Source: Candidatus Woesebacteria bacterium
GTDB lineage: Bacteria; Patescibacteriota; Microgenomatia; UBA1400; MFAQ01
Assembly (NCBI GenBank): GCA_035389185.1
Contig: DAOORK010000001.1
Location: 829,881 to 893,880 of the forward strand
Reading direction: 5' to 3'
Length of the DNA: 64,000 nt
This document shows, one piece after another, positions 41,797-50,393 of the stretch; position 1 is the first letter of the stretch, and the number at the start of each line of letters is the position of its first letter. The position numbers were made by a program, and so were the translations under genes. The notes below the pieces were generated by a model, which did no database searches, was not told the origin of the DNA, and saw only the letters and a list, made by a program, of their open reading frames with translations.

Positions 41797-43761
41797 TTAT
41801 TCAGAGGTAGCTGATTCAGTTGCAGCTTGAACCGGGACGAGTTTCTCTAAGTTTTGGATCTCATCTTGGATCGTTTTGTAGTCGGAGCCGGTTAGTTCGG
41901 TGTATTGAAGTCCAACTTGAGCATACTGAAGTGCTTTACTATATTCTTTATTGGCTTTGTAGATAGTGGAGAGGTTGATATAAGGGATATTCCAGTCTTG
42001 TTTTAGTTCACTAGCTCTTTCGATGTACTTGATGGAGTTGTCCGCGTCTCCTAGGTTGTAGATCAGGGTGCCAAGTTGGAGATACAAGCTTGAGTCGGTA
42101 GGATCAAGAGAGATTGCCTGCAGACCGTGAGATAAAGCCAGATCAGCAGAACCTTCAGCATAAGGAATCAGAGTTTTGTAAATAGTGAAGAGGTTTTCCC
42201 AGGCAGTGACATTAAGAGGGTCGACTTTGGCGGCTAGTTTTCCGGCGTCTAGGGCATTTTGGGCGAAGTTTGTACCGTTGGTTTTTTCGTCGGCGGTGGC
42301 ATTATCTTTGGAAAGATAGGCGACGGAGACGGCCAGGTAGATCTGAGACATTTTTTGTTGGTAATAGGTGTTGAAGGTGTCGGTCTGAGCCGCTTTTTGG
42401 TACATCAGGAACGATTGATAGGGATCTTCTTTTACTAGTGCAGCGGCGTTTTTGTAGTAGACAGAGCCAAGATACATTTGACTGGCAAAGAACCAGTACC
42501 CAGAAAGAATGGCGACGGAGATAAAAGTGACAATCCAGGGAAGAAAAGATGAAGAGACAGAGCGAGAAACTGAGTCCGGAAGGTCATGATAGATGGAAGT
42601 CGAGACAGTGTCGGCGGCAAGACTGTAGCTGATGTCTTTGGTAAATTTGGAGTTGTTTAGTTTAAGTTCAATAGTGAGAAGAATAAGTAGAACTAGGGCC
42701 AACGTAAGTGAAACAACACCGACTGGAACAGCGAAAAAGGAAATAATAACAGCGATCAAGGCAGAAACAATAAAGTTGAAAGAATTTTTTTCTTCAATGT
42801 GACCCTTTTGTTTGAGAGTTGAGACAAGGGGAGTTAAAAAGGAAAAAAGGAAGGCGAGAGTACCTATTAATCCGGTGGTCGTTAAAAGAGTAAAAATGTA
42901 GTTGCTGGACTCGGAAAAACGAATATTCCAGATGTTTTTGTCGAGGTTAAGGTAGGCGGGGCGAAGGCGGGTGAAAGCAGAGAAATAAGTTTCCGGTCCG
43001 GTACCGAGGAGGGCACTTTTCCAACTCTTGAGAACATCGATGGCAATAGACCAGCCGGCAGAGAAAGGAAGAATATAGATGCCCAAAGTACCGTTTTGAG
43101 GAAGAACCAGACTAACATTAAGAACTGATCCGGCGATCATTAAAAGTATTGAACAAAAAAGGAGAGACTGCAGAATACGGTTTTTGATGCCGATGGTATA
43201 GACAATGGTAGCGACGAGAATTGGGAGAGTGAAGGTAAGAGCAGGGAGAACACTGCCGGTAGGATTAAAGTAACGACTAGAAAGAGATGTTGCCGGGATA
43301 ATTTTACTGACAAGACCGAAGTAGTGCAGAAGAGTGAAAATACTTAGAATTGTTGCCGAAGAAATGAGGCCGTACAAAGCAAGATTGATGGTTTGATAAT
43401 TTTTTTGTGAGGAAGTGACAGTAACGAAAATAATTAGCATGAAGAAGAAAAGAGATGTTTGACCAAAAAGACTGTTGTGGGGGGTGGAGCTGAGCCAGAT
43501 AGAGGAGACGATGTTGGCGATAACAAGAATAACGAGAGGTAAGAGAGCCGGTGAGGCTGTAAAACTAAGCTTTCCGCGAACCAAACTGCGGACGCACCAA
43601 GCAAGAAGGGATAAAGTACCGATAATGGCGACCAGGTAGTACTTGTTGAGAGCAAAATAGTCGACAGTGGTTGGAAGAAAGAACAGGGGAACTAAAAACC
43701 CCAGGATAAAAGGGATTAAGCGTAAAAATTTGGTGGAGATTTTGTCTAAAGCTTGAAGCAT
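41797..43761 (-). CDS. O-antigen ligase (Wzy_C/PglL-like) domain membrane protein with C-terminal TPR repeats
   Basis: ~12 TM helices with a central periplasmic loop (GTGPETYFSAFTRLRPAY...LLTTTGLIGTLAFLF), then a C-terminal region with TPR-like repeats. Confidence 0.65.
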   Translation of the reverse strand: MLQALDKISTKFLRLIPFILGFLVPLFFLPTTVDYFALNKYYLVAIIGTLSLLAWCVRSLVRGKLSFTASPALLPLVILVIANIVSSIWLSSTPHNSLFGQTSLFFFMLIIFVTVTSSQKNYQTINLALYGLISSATILSIFTLLHYFGLVSKIIPATSLSSRYFNPTGSVLPALTFTLPILVATIVYTIGIKNRILQSLLFCSILLMIAGSVLNVSLVLPQNGTLGIYILPFSAGWSIAIDVLKSWKSALLGTGPETYFSAFTRLRPAYLNLDKNIWNIRFSESSNYIFTLLTTTGLIGTLAFLFSFLTPLVSTLKQKGHIEEKNSFNFIVSALIAVIISFFAVPVGVVSLTLALVLLILLTIELKLNNSKFTKDISYSLAADTVSTSIYHDLPDSVSRSVSSSFLPWIVTFISVAILSGYWFFASQMYLGSVYYKNAAALVKEDPYQSFLMYQKAAQTDTFNTYYQQKMSQIYLAVSVAYLSKDNATADEKTNGTNFAQNALDAGKLAAKVDPLNVTAWENLFTIYKTLIPYAEGSADLALSHGLQAISLDPTDSSLYLQLGTLIYNLGDADNSIKYIERASELKQDWNIPYINLSTIYKANKEYSKALQYAQVGLQYTELTGSDYKTIQDEIQNLEKLVPVQAATESATSE

Positions 43762-43770
43762 ATAGACATT

Positions 43771-44289
43771 TTAGGGATTGACGATGTGGTAGTCAATATA
43801 ACGGATTGTGTCAGATGGCTCTTGAGCCATGATGGTGAAACTGCCATTTGTTTTGGATAGGAGCGAGTAGACAGATTTATCTCCCGGCCGAGGTGAAAGG
43901 TATATTTGACTCGACTCGGATACGTCGGTGTCGGAGATCATAATTTCGGTGGCGCCGGCTTCGATGACAGCTACTTTGTCGACGATGTTACTTCCTGGAG
44001 TTGAAGATATTTCTGAATTTGCAGACTGGGTTGCGTCGTTGGGGGCGGCGATTATGGCTTGGTTGTTTACTTCTTCAGGGTTGGTAGTAGGCGTGGGTGT
44101 CGGAGCGGTTTGGCTAAGCGTTCCTTGGGGAAGCGGAGAGATGAGACTGCCGGTGGGTTGGGAAGAGTAATAGCCAAGAATAATAAGAGTTGTGGGGATG
44201 AAGAAGAGGGCGCTGGCTGTGATCACAATAGCCGTAGCCACGGAAGAGTGGTTTTTGGGAGTGCTGGCGTTTGAAAATTCAATAATCAC
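43771..44289 (-). CDS. Membrane-anchored hypothetical protein (GTG start, leaderless-like TATACT box 7 nt upstream)
   Basis: 172 aa with an N-terminal TM helix and a Thr/Pro-rich linker. Confidence 0.6.
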   Translation of the reverse strand: MIIEFSNASTPKNHSSVATAIVITASALFFIPTTLIILGYYSSQPTGSLISPLPQGTLSQTAPTPTPTTNPEEVNNQAIIAAPNDATQSANSEISSTPGSNIVDKVAVIEAGATEIMISDTDVSESSQIYLSPRPGDKSVYSLLSKTNGSFTIMAQEPSDTIRYIDYHIVNP

Positions 44290-44347
44290 TAATAGTAGTA
44301 TATTCCATTTGGAGTATTTTTTCCAAAAATTGTCAATATTTTTTTCT

Positions 44348-44523
44348 ATTCCTTGGTCTTGTTGTTTTTGAGATGACTTATCACCCCGGTTCTTTGTTGG
44401 CCACCGATAATTTATCGCTTCCAGCGAGCGATAATTATCTCGATACTCGACACGAAATCCGCACTAGGCGGACCAAGCATTTCGTGTCTGCGTAGCGTGG
44501 CACAAAGTACCAGGGTTCACGTC
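44348..44523 (+). ncRNA. Candidate structured RNA, copy A (paralog of 49396..49571), upstream of dprA
   Basis: The conserved ends GACTTATCACCC...TCTTTGTTGGCCA and AGCGTGGCACAAAG.ACCA.GGGTTCACGTC enclose two long hairpins (P2 GATAATTTATCGC/GCGATAATTATC; P3 CGACACGAAAT[CCGC-ACTAG-GCGG]ACCAAGCATTTCGTGTC). In copy B both hairpins have different sequence but keep their pairing (covariation). Confidence 0.5.
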
Positions 44524-44550
44524 ATGTGACAAAACAATTATTATTATTTT

Positions 44551-45396
44551 ATGGAATTGCCCAAGGAAAAGTGGAGCGAGAATTTGAAACTCATTAAGCC
44601 AAAGTTGGAGAGGGTTTTGTATAAGGGGAATATCGATTTGCTTTTGGATCAGGCGCCGAAGCTCGCTATTGTGGGTAGCAGAAGGATGACGGATTATGGC
44701 CAAAGGGTAATTGAAAAATGGATGAGTCTGTTGGTGCAAAAAGGAATTACGATTGTGTCGGGATTTATGTACGGGGTAGATCAGGCGGCACATCAGGCCT
44801 GTTTGGAAAATGGCGGTAAAACAATTGCGGTGCTGGGCTGGGGAATTGATGCAAAAGTGTCGTCTGATGACGAAAAACTGTACCAGAAAATATTAGAAGT
44901 TGGTAGTTTGATAGTGTCAGAATACGAAGGAACATATCCGGCAGACAAGTGGACATTTCCCGCAAGAAACAGAATTGTGGCCGGAATAGCGGACGCTGTC
45001 TTGGTAGTGGAAGCGGCGGAAAGATCGGGAAGTTTGATTACTGCCAGATTAGCCAAGAAGTTCGGAAAAACGTTGATGGCTGTACCGGGATGGGTGACGA
45101 GCGGAGCGGCGGAAGGAACAAATAATTTAATAAAAAACGGCAAGGCAGTGATGGTAACTTCGGCGGAAGATGTTCTTGAAGTAATGGGACTCGGTAGAGG
45201 TCAGATGAAAATAAGTTTTTCTAATAGATCTTCGAACTGTCCGATATTGGAAGTACTGGAAGGGGGAGAAAAAAGCGCCGATGAACTGGCACGGATATTA
45301 AAAATGCCGATATCGAAGCTCATGGAGGAGATTTTGATGATGGAATTAGAGGGTCTTGTAGAGGAAAAATCGGGAAAGTATTTTCAAAGGAAATAA
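44551..45396 (+). CDS. dprA: DNA processing protein A (DprA/Smf)
   Basis: Rossmann-like DprA core: LAIVGSRRMTDYGQRV...IVSGFMYGVDQAAHQACL...GGKTIAVLGWGID...RNRIVAGIADAVLVVEAAERSGSLITA. Confidence 0.85.
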   Translation: MELPKEKWSENLKLIKPKLERVLYKGNIDLLLDQAPKLAIVGSRRMTDYGQRVIEKWMSLLVQKGITIVSGFMYGVDQAAHQACLENGGKTIAVLGWGIDAKVSSDDEKLYQKILEVGSLIVSEYEGTYPADKWTFPARNRIVAGIADAVLVVEAAERSGSLITARLAKKFGKTLMAVPGWVTSGAAEGTNNLIKNGKAVMVTSAEDVLEVMGLGRGQMKISFSNRSSNCPILEVLEGGEKSADELARILKMPISKLMEEILMMELEGLVEEKSGKYFQRK

Positions 45397-45425
45397 AAAA
45401 CCCGGCTTGCGGCCGGGTGATGGGT
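45397..45425. terminator. Bidirectional terminator hairpin CCCGGC-TTGC-GGCCGGG; identical copy at 45912..45940
   Basis: AAAAACCCGGCTTGCGGCCGGGTG is flanked by A- and T-tracts. It serves convergent dprA (+) and 45425..45868 (-). Confidence 0.55.
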
Positions 45426-45868
45426 TATTCTTCGATGAACTTGATGCTTTTGATGACGATGATATTGGTGTAGAGAATCCTTTTATTGGTATCGAGGAAC
45501 TGAATTTCGATAATGTCTAGAGGTTTCAGGGTGCAGATTTTGCTGGGAGGATACTCATAACGGAAGCTGACGCCGTTGATAAAGACACGAAGGATATCGA
45601 TGGGACGACCATCAAGAAAAGTGAAGAATTCGGTGCTGTCTTCTGTTCGAACATCCAGTTTGACAAAATGGGCGATATTTTTTATGACGACGCGATCGTT
45701 GACAATGTATTCCGAGTCTCCCTTGAGGCTGATGGAAGAAACATCAAAACGATGATTTTTATCATAAGTGGTAGGAAGGGTGGCTCCTTTATGGTCAGGA
45801 TCTCCTTCTTTGGTGATGTTGGAGTAGTTTACGAAATTGACACATGCAATTGTTTTATCCATATCCAT
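45425..45868 (-). CDS. Hypothetical protein
   Basis: 147 aa. Its upstream leader is TATAAT-N12-ACCTTAAACC...GAAAGG, almost identical to the cassettes at 922-960, 1925-1960 and 3567-3600. Confidence 0.6.
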   Translation of the reverse strand: MDMDKTIACVNFVNYSNITKEGDPDHKGATLPTTYDKNHRFDVSSISLKGDSEYIVNDRVVIKNIAHFVKLDVRTEDSTEFFTFLDGRPIDILRVFINGVSFRYEYPPSKICTLKPLDIIEIQFLDTNKRILYTNIIVIKSIKFIEE

Positions 45869-45911
45869 CCTTTCTCGTGGTTTAAGGTGCTTTGGGGGGA
45901 ATTATATCAAA

Positions 45912-45940
45912 AAACCCGGCTTGCGGCCGGGTGTGAGCTT
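45912..45940 (-). terminator. Second copy of the CCCGGCTTGCGGCCGGG terminator hairpin
   Basis: Identical 26-nt sequence to the hairpin at 45397..45425. It lies downstream of the stop of CDS 45944..46402 (minus strand). Confidence 0.5.
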
Positions 45941-45943
45941 AGG

Positions 45944-46402
45944 CTATTTGAGTTTACTGGTTAGTTCGTTCAGAACAGAGAGAATTCCACCATTGTCAGT
46001 ATTCGTGTCAGCTTGGTAATCGAGATGTTTGGTAATGGCTTTAATGAGCCGTTTTTCTTCTTTATCATCGACCATATTTACTAATGACGTAATGGCGAGA
46101 TAATAAGAATGCTCATCAAGTGCCATGTCGGTACTGATGTCATCAGTCGCAATTCTAAAGAGAAAATCTTTGATTTGTGGCGGGATCGGTTTGACAGTGA
46201 GTTTTCCTAACAATTCGATGACGTTGTCAAAGTTTTCTTTGGACATCTCGTAAAAATCGGTATTTTCCATCACGTCTTTTAGGATATGAAGATAGTTTTC
46301 GATTTTTAATTGGTTTAGCTGTTCGGAAAAGAACTTCACTAGTTCAGGTTGGACGGTGATGGCGGTATTGGATACTGTAGTAGAGTTGTTGGCCTTTGCC
46401 AT
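45944..46402 (-). CDS. Hypothetical protein
   Basis: 152 aa. Its leader is TAGAAT-N12-TCTTTAATTTCGTTCCCAAAGGAG upstream of the ATG. Its promoter is divergent to that of comM. Confidence 0.6.
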   Translation of the reverse strand: MAKANNSTTVSNTAITVQPELVKFFSEQLNQLKIENYLHILKDVMENTDFYEMSKENFDNVIELLGKLTVKPIPPQIKDFLFRIATDDISTDMALDEHSYYLAITSLVNMVDDKEEKRLIKAITKHLDYQADTNTDNGGILSVLNELTSKLK

Positions 46403-46482
46403 TATTTCTCCTTTGGGAACGAAATTAAAGAACTTGGCTCTGTATTCTACAACACTAAAGTAAGATAGTATACTTTTTCTAT

Positions 46483-48003
46483 ATGCTTGCCTGTATAAGA
46501 AGTGCGGCCTGTGTGGGACTTCAGAGTTTCTCGGTGGATGTGGAGGTAGACGTGGCGGATAAAGGGTTTCCCGGGTTTAGTATCGTAGGTCTGCCGGACA
46601 AGGCGGTCGGCGAGGCTCGAGAAAGAGTCAGGACGGCCTTAGTGAATAGCAGTTTTGCTTTTCCGCAAAAGAAAATTACGGTTAATTTGGCGCCGGCTGA
46701 CTTACCCAAAGAGGGCTCGGCTTTTGATTTGCCGATTGCCTTGGGAATACTGTTGGCAAATGGAGATATGGAGACAAATGAAGATGGTCTATTTTTTGGG
46801 GAGTTGTCTTTAGATGGGACACTGCGTCACACCAAGGGGGCACTTCTTTTGGCTTTGTTTGCCAAAGAACAAGGAGTTGAAAAAATATTTGTACCGATTG
46901 AGTCGGCCAATGAGGCCGCGGTAGTCAACGGTGTGCAAGTGATACCGGTTCGATGTTTAAAAGATTTGGTGAGTCATTTGGCGGGAATGAAGATGATTCC
47001 ACCATTAAAAGAAATTGCAATAAAAGCCTTGGTGGAGAAGGCAGCACCAGAATTTGAGTGGTCGGAGATTGTGGGGCAGGAGACGGCCAAGAGGGCTCTA
47101 ACTATCGCCGCGGCTGGAGGACACAATATCTTGATGTCTGGTCCACCAGGATCGGGAAAGACGATGTTGTCACGAGCTTTGCCAGGAATAATGCCGGAGA
47201 TGACTGAAGAAGAAACGATGGAAGTGACAAAGATTTACTCAGCGGCAGGATTATTGGAAGCTGGAGAGGCGATTGTGAGACGTCGACCATTTCGCTCACC
47301 CCATCACTCAACCAGTTTGGCTGGGTTAATTGGGGGAGGAAGTCATCCAACACCGGGGGAAGTGAGTCTGGCCCACCTGGGAGTGCTGTTTTTGGACGAG
47401 ATGGCAGAGTTTCCGAGATTTGTGCTTGAAGGTATGAGACAGCCAATGGAGGATGGGAAGGTGGAGATTTCTCGAGCCTTGGGGAGAATAACTTATCCTG
47501 CCTCATTTCAATTGGTAGCCGCGGTGAACCCTTGTCAGTGTGGTTATTTGGGTCACCCAACTCACGAATGCAAGTGCACGGTAAGGGATATAGAGAGGTA
47601 TAAAAGACGGATAAGCGGGCCAATTTTGGATCGGATAGACTTGCATATAAATGTGCCGGCGGTAGAGATGGAGAAGATCGTTGGGGTGGTACCCAAGGGA
47701 GAAAACTCATTTGTAATAAGAGAAAGGGTAGAGAAAGCGAGAAAAATCCAGAGTGAAAGATTGTTAAAGTTTGGGATTTTTTGTAACGCTCAGATGAAAA
47801 ATAAACAAGTAAAGGAGTACTGCCGGCTTGATCCTGGAGGAGTACGGGTATTAAGGATGGCGATGGAGAAGTTTGATCTGTCTGCCAGATCGTATTTCAG
47901 AGTTTTGAAAGTGGCTCGAACGATTGCGGATTTGGAGGGTAGTAAGGATATTTTGTCGGTGCATTTGGCCGAGGCATTGCAGTACAGGGAGAGAGTATTT
48001 TGA
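46483..48003 (+). CDS. comM: YifB/ComM-family Mg-chelatase-like AAA+ ATPase (competence protein ComM)
   Basis: N-terminal Lon-like/ChlI domain (FSVDVEVDV...GFPGFSIVGLPDKAVGEARERV), Walker A SGPPGSGKTM, and a C-terminal Mg-chelatase-like helical domain. Confidence 0.85.
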   Translation: MLACIRSAACVGLQSFSVDVEVDVADKGFPGFSIVGLPDKAVGEARERVRTALVNSSFAFPQKKITVNLAPADLPKEGSAFDLPIALGILLANGDMETNEDGLFFGELSLDGTLRHTKGALLLALFAKEQGVEKIFVPIESANEAAVVNGVQVIPVRCLKDLVSHLAGMKMIPPLKEIAIKALVEKAAPEFEWSEIVGQETAKRALTIAAAGGHNILMSGPPGSGKTMLSRALPGIMPEMTEEETMEVTKIYSAAGLLEAGEAIVRRRPFRSPHHSTSLAGLIGGGSHPTPGEVSLAHLGVLFLDEMAEFPRFVLEGMRQPMEDGKVEISRALGRITYPASFQLVAAVNPCQCGYLGHPTHECKCTVRDIERYKRRISGPILDRIDLHINVPAVEMEKIVGVVPKGENSFVIRERVEKARKIQSERLLKFGIFCNAQMKNKQVKEYCRLDPGGVRVLRMAMEKFDLSARSYFRVLKVARTIADLEGSKDILSVHLAEALQYRERVF

Positions 48004-48087
48004 ATGTTGTCCTATATTGTGGTAGAATAGCGCACAAAAGAACCTTAATACTATAGATATTGGACTAAGTCCAAAGAAGGAGAATAA

Positions 48088-48969
48088 ATGTCAACTGGTT
48101 TAGGTTTGGTGACGATTCAGGGTTGTTTGAATGAGGGAGAAAAAATTGCCGGACTGAGTGCAAAAAAATGGTCGAGTGACGAGAACAGTTTGCAGTATTT
48201 TGCAGAAAAGTTTGTTCCCGATCGTTCTGCCCTTGATCTTATTGATAAGGAAAGTCTGCGCTCGTTTGCTACCTGTCTTCACCCCGAGATTATTGCCAAG
48301 ATGAAGGAATGGGAGATGCGTCTAGACCAGATTCCCGATGGCGGTTCGGCATCAATCTACATGATTTCCCAGCTCAGGGAAATGATGAAATGGATGGAAA
48401 CCGGGAAAAGAGTCGATAATCGTCGTCAGTGGCCGGAGTTTATTTTGAAGAATGTGGAGTTTCTGGGTACTGGCCAGGATCCTTTTACCGGAGTTGTGGT
48501 CAAAGTGCCGGTTGAAGGTGGTGACACAGTCTATCTTTACCGATGCCCTCAGAGCGTTGATGATGAACTTGATCTACTGCAGTTTGTTGTTGAGGGTATT
48601 GAGTCGGAGATGTTTGATATTGTGCCTCCTTTGGATTACAAAGGGGTACAGATTCCCTGTATCTATGCAGATCTCGAGTCGAAACTGGAATGGATCTTGG
48701 GTATGAAGAACGGCGATTATTTTATTTCTTACGCCCAACAGAAGATTCTTTTTGGTATGAATCAGATTGGTTTTGCGGTGCGAGAAGAAACGGCAATGGC
48801 CATGACAAGAGGCATTCACGTTGAGTCGCCGCCATACATCTTGTCACCAAATGGGGAGTCGTTTTTGTTTTGGAGACGGCGACCGGGAGTATTTAGCCCG
48901 ATCTCTATCTTCCAGTTTACTAAGGATGATTTCAAAGACCCTGGTGACTTGAACAAAATTGTTGAATAG
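48088..48969 (+). CDS. Hypothetical protein
   Basis: 293 aa with a strong RBS AAGGAG. The leader cassette is TAGAAT-N13-ACCTTAATAC. It is followed by a CCCTCGGGAAACCGGGGG terminator. Confidence 0.65.
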   Translation: MSTGLGLVTIQGCLNEGEKIAGLSAKKWSSDENSLQYFAEKFVPDRSALDLIDKESLRSFATCLHPEIIAKMKEWEMRLDQIPDGGSASIYMISQLREMMKWMETGKRVDNRRQWPEFILKNVEFLGTGQDPFTGVVVKVPVEGGDTVYLYRCPQSVDDELDLLQFVVEGIESEMFDIVPPLDYKGVQIPCIYADLESKLEWILGMKNGDYFISYAQQKILFGMNQIGFAVREETAMAMTRGIHVESPPYILSPNGESFLFWRRRPGVFSPISIFQFTKDDFKDPGDLNKIVE

Positions 48970-48977
48970 ATCTTTGC

Positions 48978-49006
48978 CCTCGGGAAACCGGGGGCTTTTT
49001 TGTGGG
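48978..49006 (+). terminator. Rho-independent terminator (CCCTCGGGAAACCGGGGGC plus T-tract)
   Basis: Same hairpin family as the lipoprotein-gene terminators. Confidence 0.55.
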
Positions 49007-49018
49007 ATACTGAAATTA

Positions 49019-49378
49019 GTGAAAAGTCAAAATAAAATCACCGGAAATATAGGGGAGGAACTGGCGACAGAGTACCTAGAGAAAAAAGGTTACAAGATAA
49101 AAGAGCGCAACTTCCGTACTCGTTTTGGGGAGATAGATATTATTTGTTGGGACGGGAAAATATTGGTATTTGTGGAAGTAAAAACAAAAATTGGGCATGA
49201 TTTTGGAGAGCCGGAGGAAATGGTCAATAAAAGTAAGATTGGTAAGGTCAAAAAGATGGGGGAAGTATATTTACAGGACAAGGGCTTGGACGTTCTTTGT
49301 CGGGTTGACGTGGTGGCAATTGTGATGCAAAATAGCGAGTCGGTTGAGCGAATAGAACATTACCAAGCATTGTACTAA
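49019..49378 (+). CDS. yraN: YraN-family (UPF0102) endonuclease
   Basis: GNIGEELATEYLEKKGYKIKERNFRTRFGEIDIICWDG..LVFVEVKTK matches the UPF0102 signature. A GTG start at 49019 is assumed, because the ORF's 5' extension runs through the terminator. Confidence 0.7.
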   Translation: MKSQNKITGNIGEELATEYLEKKGYKIKERNFRTRFGEIDIICWDGKILVFVEVKTKIGHDFGEPEEMVNKSKIGKVKKMGEVYLQDKGLDVLCRVDVVAIVMQNSESVERIEHYQALY

Positions 49379-49395
49379 CTGTCGGAAACAATTTT

Positions 49396-49571
49396 CCTAA
49401 TTCCTGTCGTCTCTGTATTGGACTTATCACCCTATTTCTTTGTTGGCCAGCGATAATTCAGATTCTCCTGCGGAATCTGATTATCTCGATTCTCGACTTA
49501 AATTCCGCCTCAAAGGCGGACCAAGCAATTTAAGTCTGCGAAGCGTGGCACAAAGAACAAGGGTTCACGTC
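49396..49571 (+). ncRNA. Candidate structured RNA, copy B, upstream of ndk
   Basis: The ends and junctions match copy A. P2 is GATAATTCAGATTC/GAATCTGATTATC and P3 is CGACTTAAATT[CCGCC-TCAAA-GGCGG]ACCAAGCAATTTAAGTC, with compensatory changes that preserve pairing. Confidence 0.5.
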
Positions 49572-49652
49572 CAAACGAGAAAGGACTACGGACTTTATGT
49601 TTCGGGAAACTAATCCATAATTATTTACGTCAATACAGTAAAATAAGGAGAT

Positions 49653-50126
49653 ATGATGCAAAAAACTGTTGTTCTGGTTAAACCAGACGGGTTACAAAGA
49701 GGTCTGGTTGGGGAGATTATCTCTCGATTTGAGCGAAAAGGTTTGAAACTTGCCGCCATTAAAATGGTGCAGATGTCCGATGAAATTATCGATAGCTGGT
49801 ATGCCCATCTTAAAGATAAAAGCTTTTTTGGAGAAATAAAGTCATATATTTCTTGGACTCCCATTGTCGCGATGGTTTGGGAAGGTTTAGATGCTGTAGA
49901 TGCTGTGCGGAAAATTGTGGGTATTACTAAAGCTAGAGAAGCCGAAGCTGGATCGATTAGAGGGGATCTGGGAATGAGTCAGCAGAACAACCTGATTCAT
50001 GCTTCTGATAGTCCGGAAGCTGCTGAGAAAGAAATGGGTCTAATCTTTAACAAAGATGAAATATTTATCTACCAAAGTGGTATGGACTGCCTAGTTTACG
50101 GTAAAAACGACCTAGAAATTAAGTAA
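49653..50126 (+). CDS. ndk: Nucleoside diphosphate kinase
   Basis: TVVLVKPDG..RGLVGEIISRFE..G...IHASDS with an active-site His. The RBS AAGGAG is present. Confidence 0.9.
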   Translation: MMQKTVVLVKPDGLQRGLVGEIISRFERKGLKLAAIKMVQMSDEIIDSWYAHLKDKSFFGEIKSYISWTPIVAMVWEGLDAVDAVRKIVGITKAREAEAGSIRGDLGMSQQNNLIHASDSPEAAEKEMGLIFNKDEIFIYQSGMDCLVYGKNDLEIK

Positions 50127-50191
50127 AATTGTTTATAGCCCTCCAGAAATGGGGGGCTTTTTGATGTTTTTCAGGGTAAAATAGGAGTGTT

Positions 50192-50241
50192 CGGGGTGTA
50201 GTGAATCGGTATCATGGTCGCCTAAGGCGACAGACATAGGC
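50192..50241 (+). pseudogene. tRNA-like fragment 1: 5' half of tRNA-Pro with a palindrome at the anticodon-arm position
   Basis: CGGGGTGTAGTGAATCGGTATCA is identical to the 5' half of the tRNA-Pro at 50320, then comes GGTCGCCTAAGGCGAC (a 6-bp stem with a 3-nt loop). There is no T-arm or 3' acceptor. Confidence 0.45.
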
Positions 50242-50253
50242 AAAAATAAATAT

Positions 50254-50303
50254 CGGGGTATAGCGCAGATGGTATCACGGTCGCCTAAGGCGATAGGCCT
50301 CAA
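50254..50303 (+). pseudogene. tRNA-like fragment 2: a different tRNA 5' half (CGGGGTATAGCGCAGATGGTA) fused to the same palindrome
   Basis: ...GGTATCACGGTCGCCTAAGGCGAT...; no complete cloverleaf. Confidence 0.4.
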
Positions 50304-50319
50304 GTTATAATATTTATAC

Positions 50320-50391
50320 CGGGGTGTAGTGAATCGGTATCACGCTTCGTTCGGGACGAAGAGACAGGCGGTCCAATTCCGCCCACCCCGA
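50320..50391 (+). tRNA. tRNA-Pro (anticodon CGG)
   Basis: Acceptor CGGGGUG/CACCCCG, D-arm GUGAAUCGGUAUCAC, anticodon arm CUUCG-UUCGGGA-CGAAG (identical to the E. coli tRNA-Pro CGG arm), and T-arm GGCGG-UCCAAUU-CCGCC, which is an atypical T-loop. Confidence 0.7.
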
Positions 50392-50393
50392 CA

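Noticed and set aside
50192-50310. Treating tRNA-like fragments 1 and 2 as functional tRNA genes
   Set aside because: The anticodon arm is replaced by a 6-bp stem with a 3-nt loop palindrome, and the T-arm and 3' acceptor are missing. They cannot fold into a complete cloverleaf.
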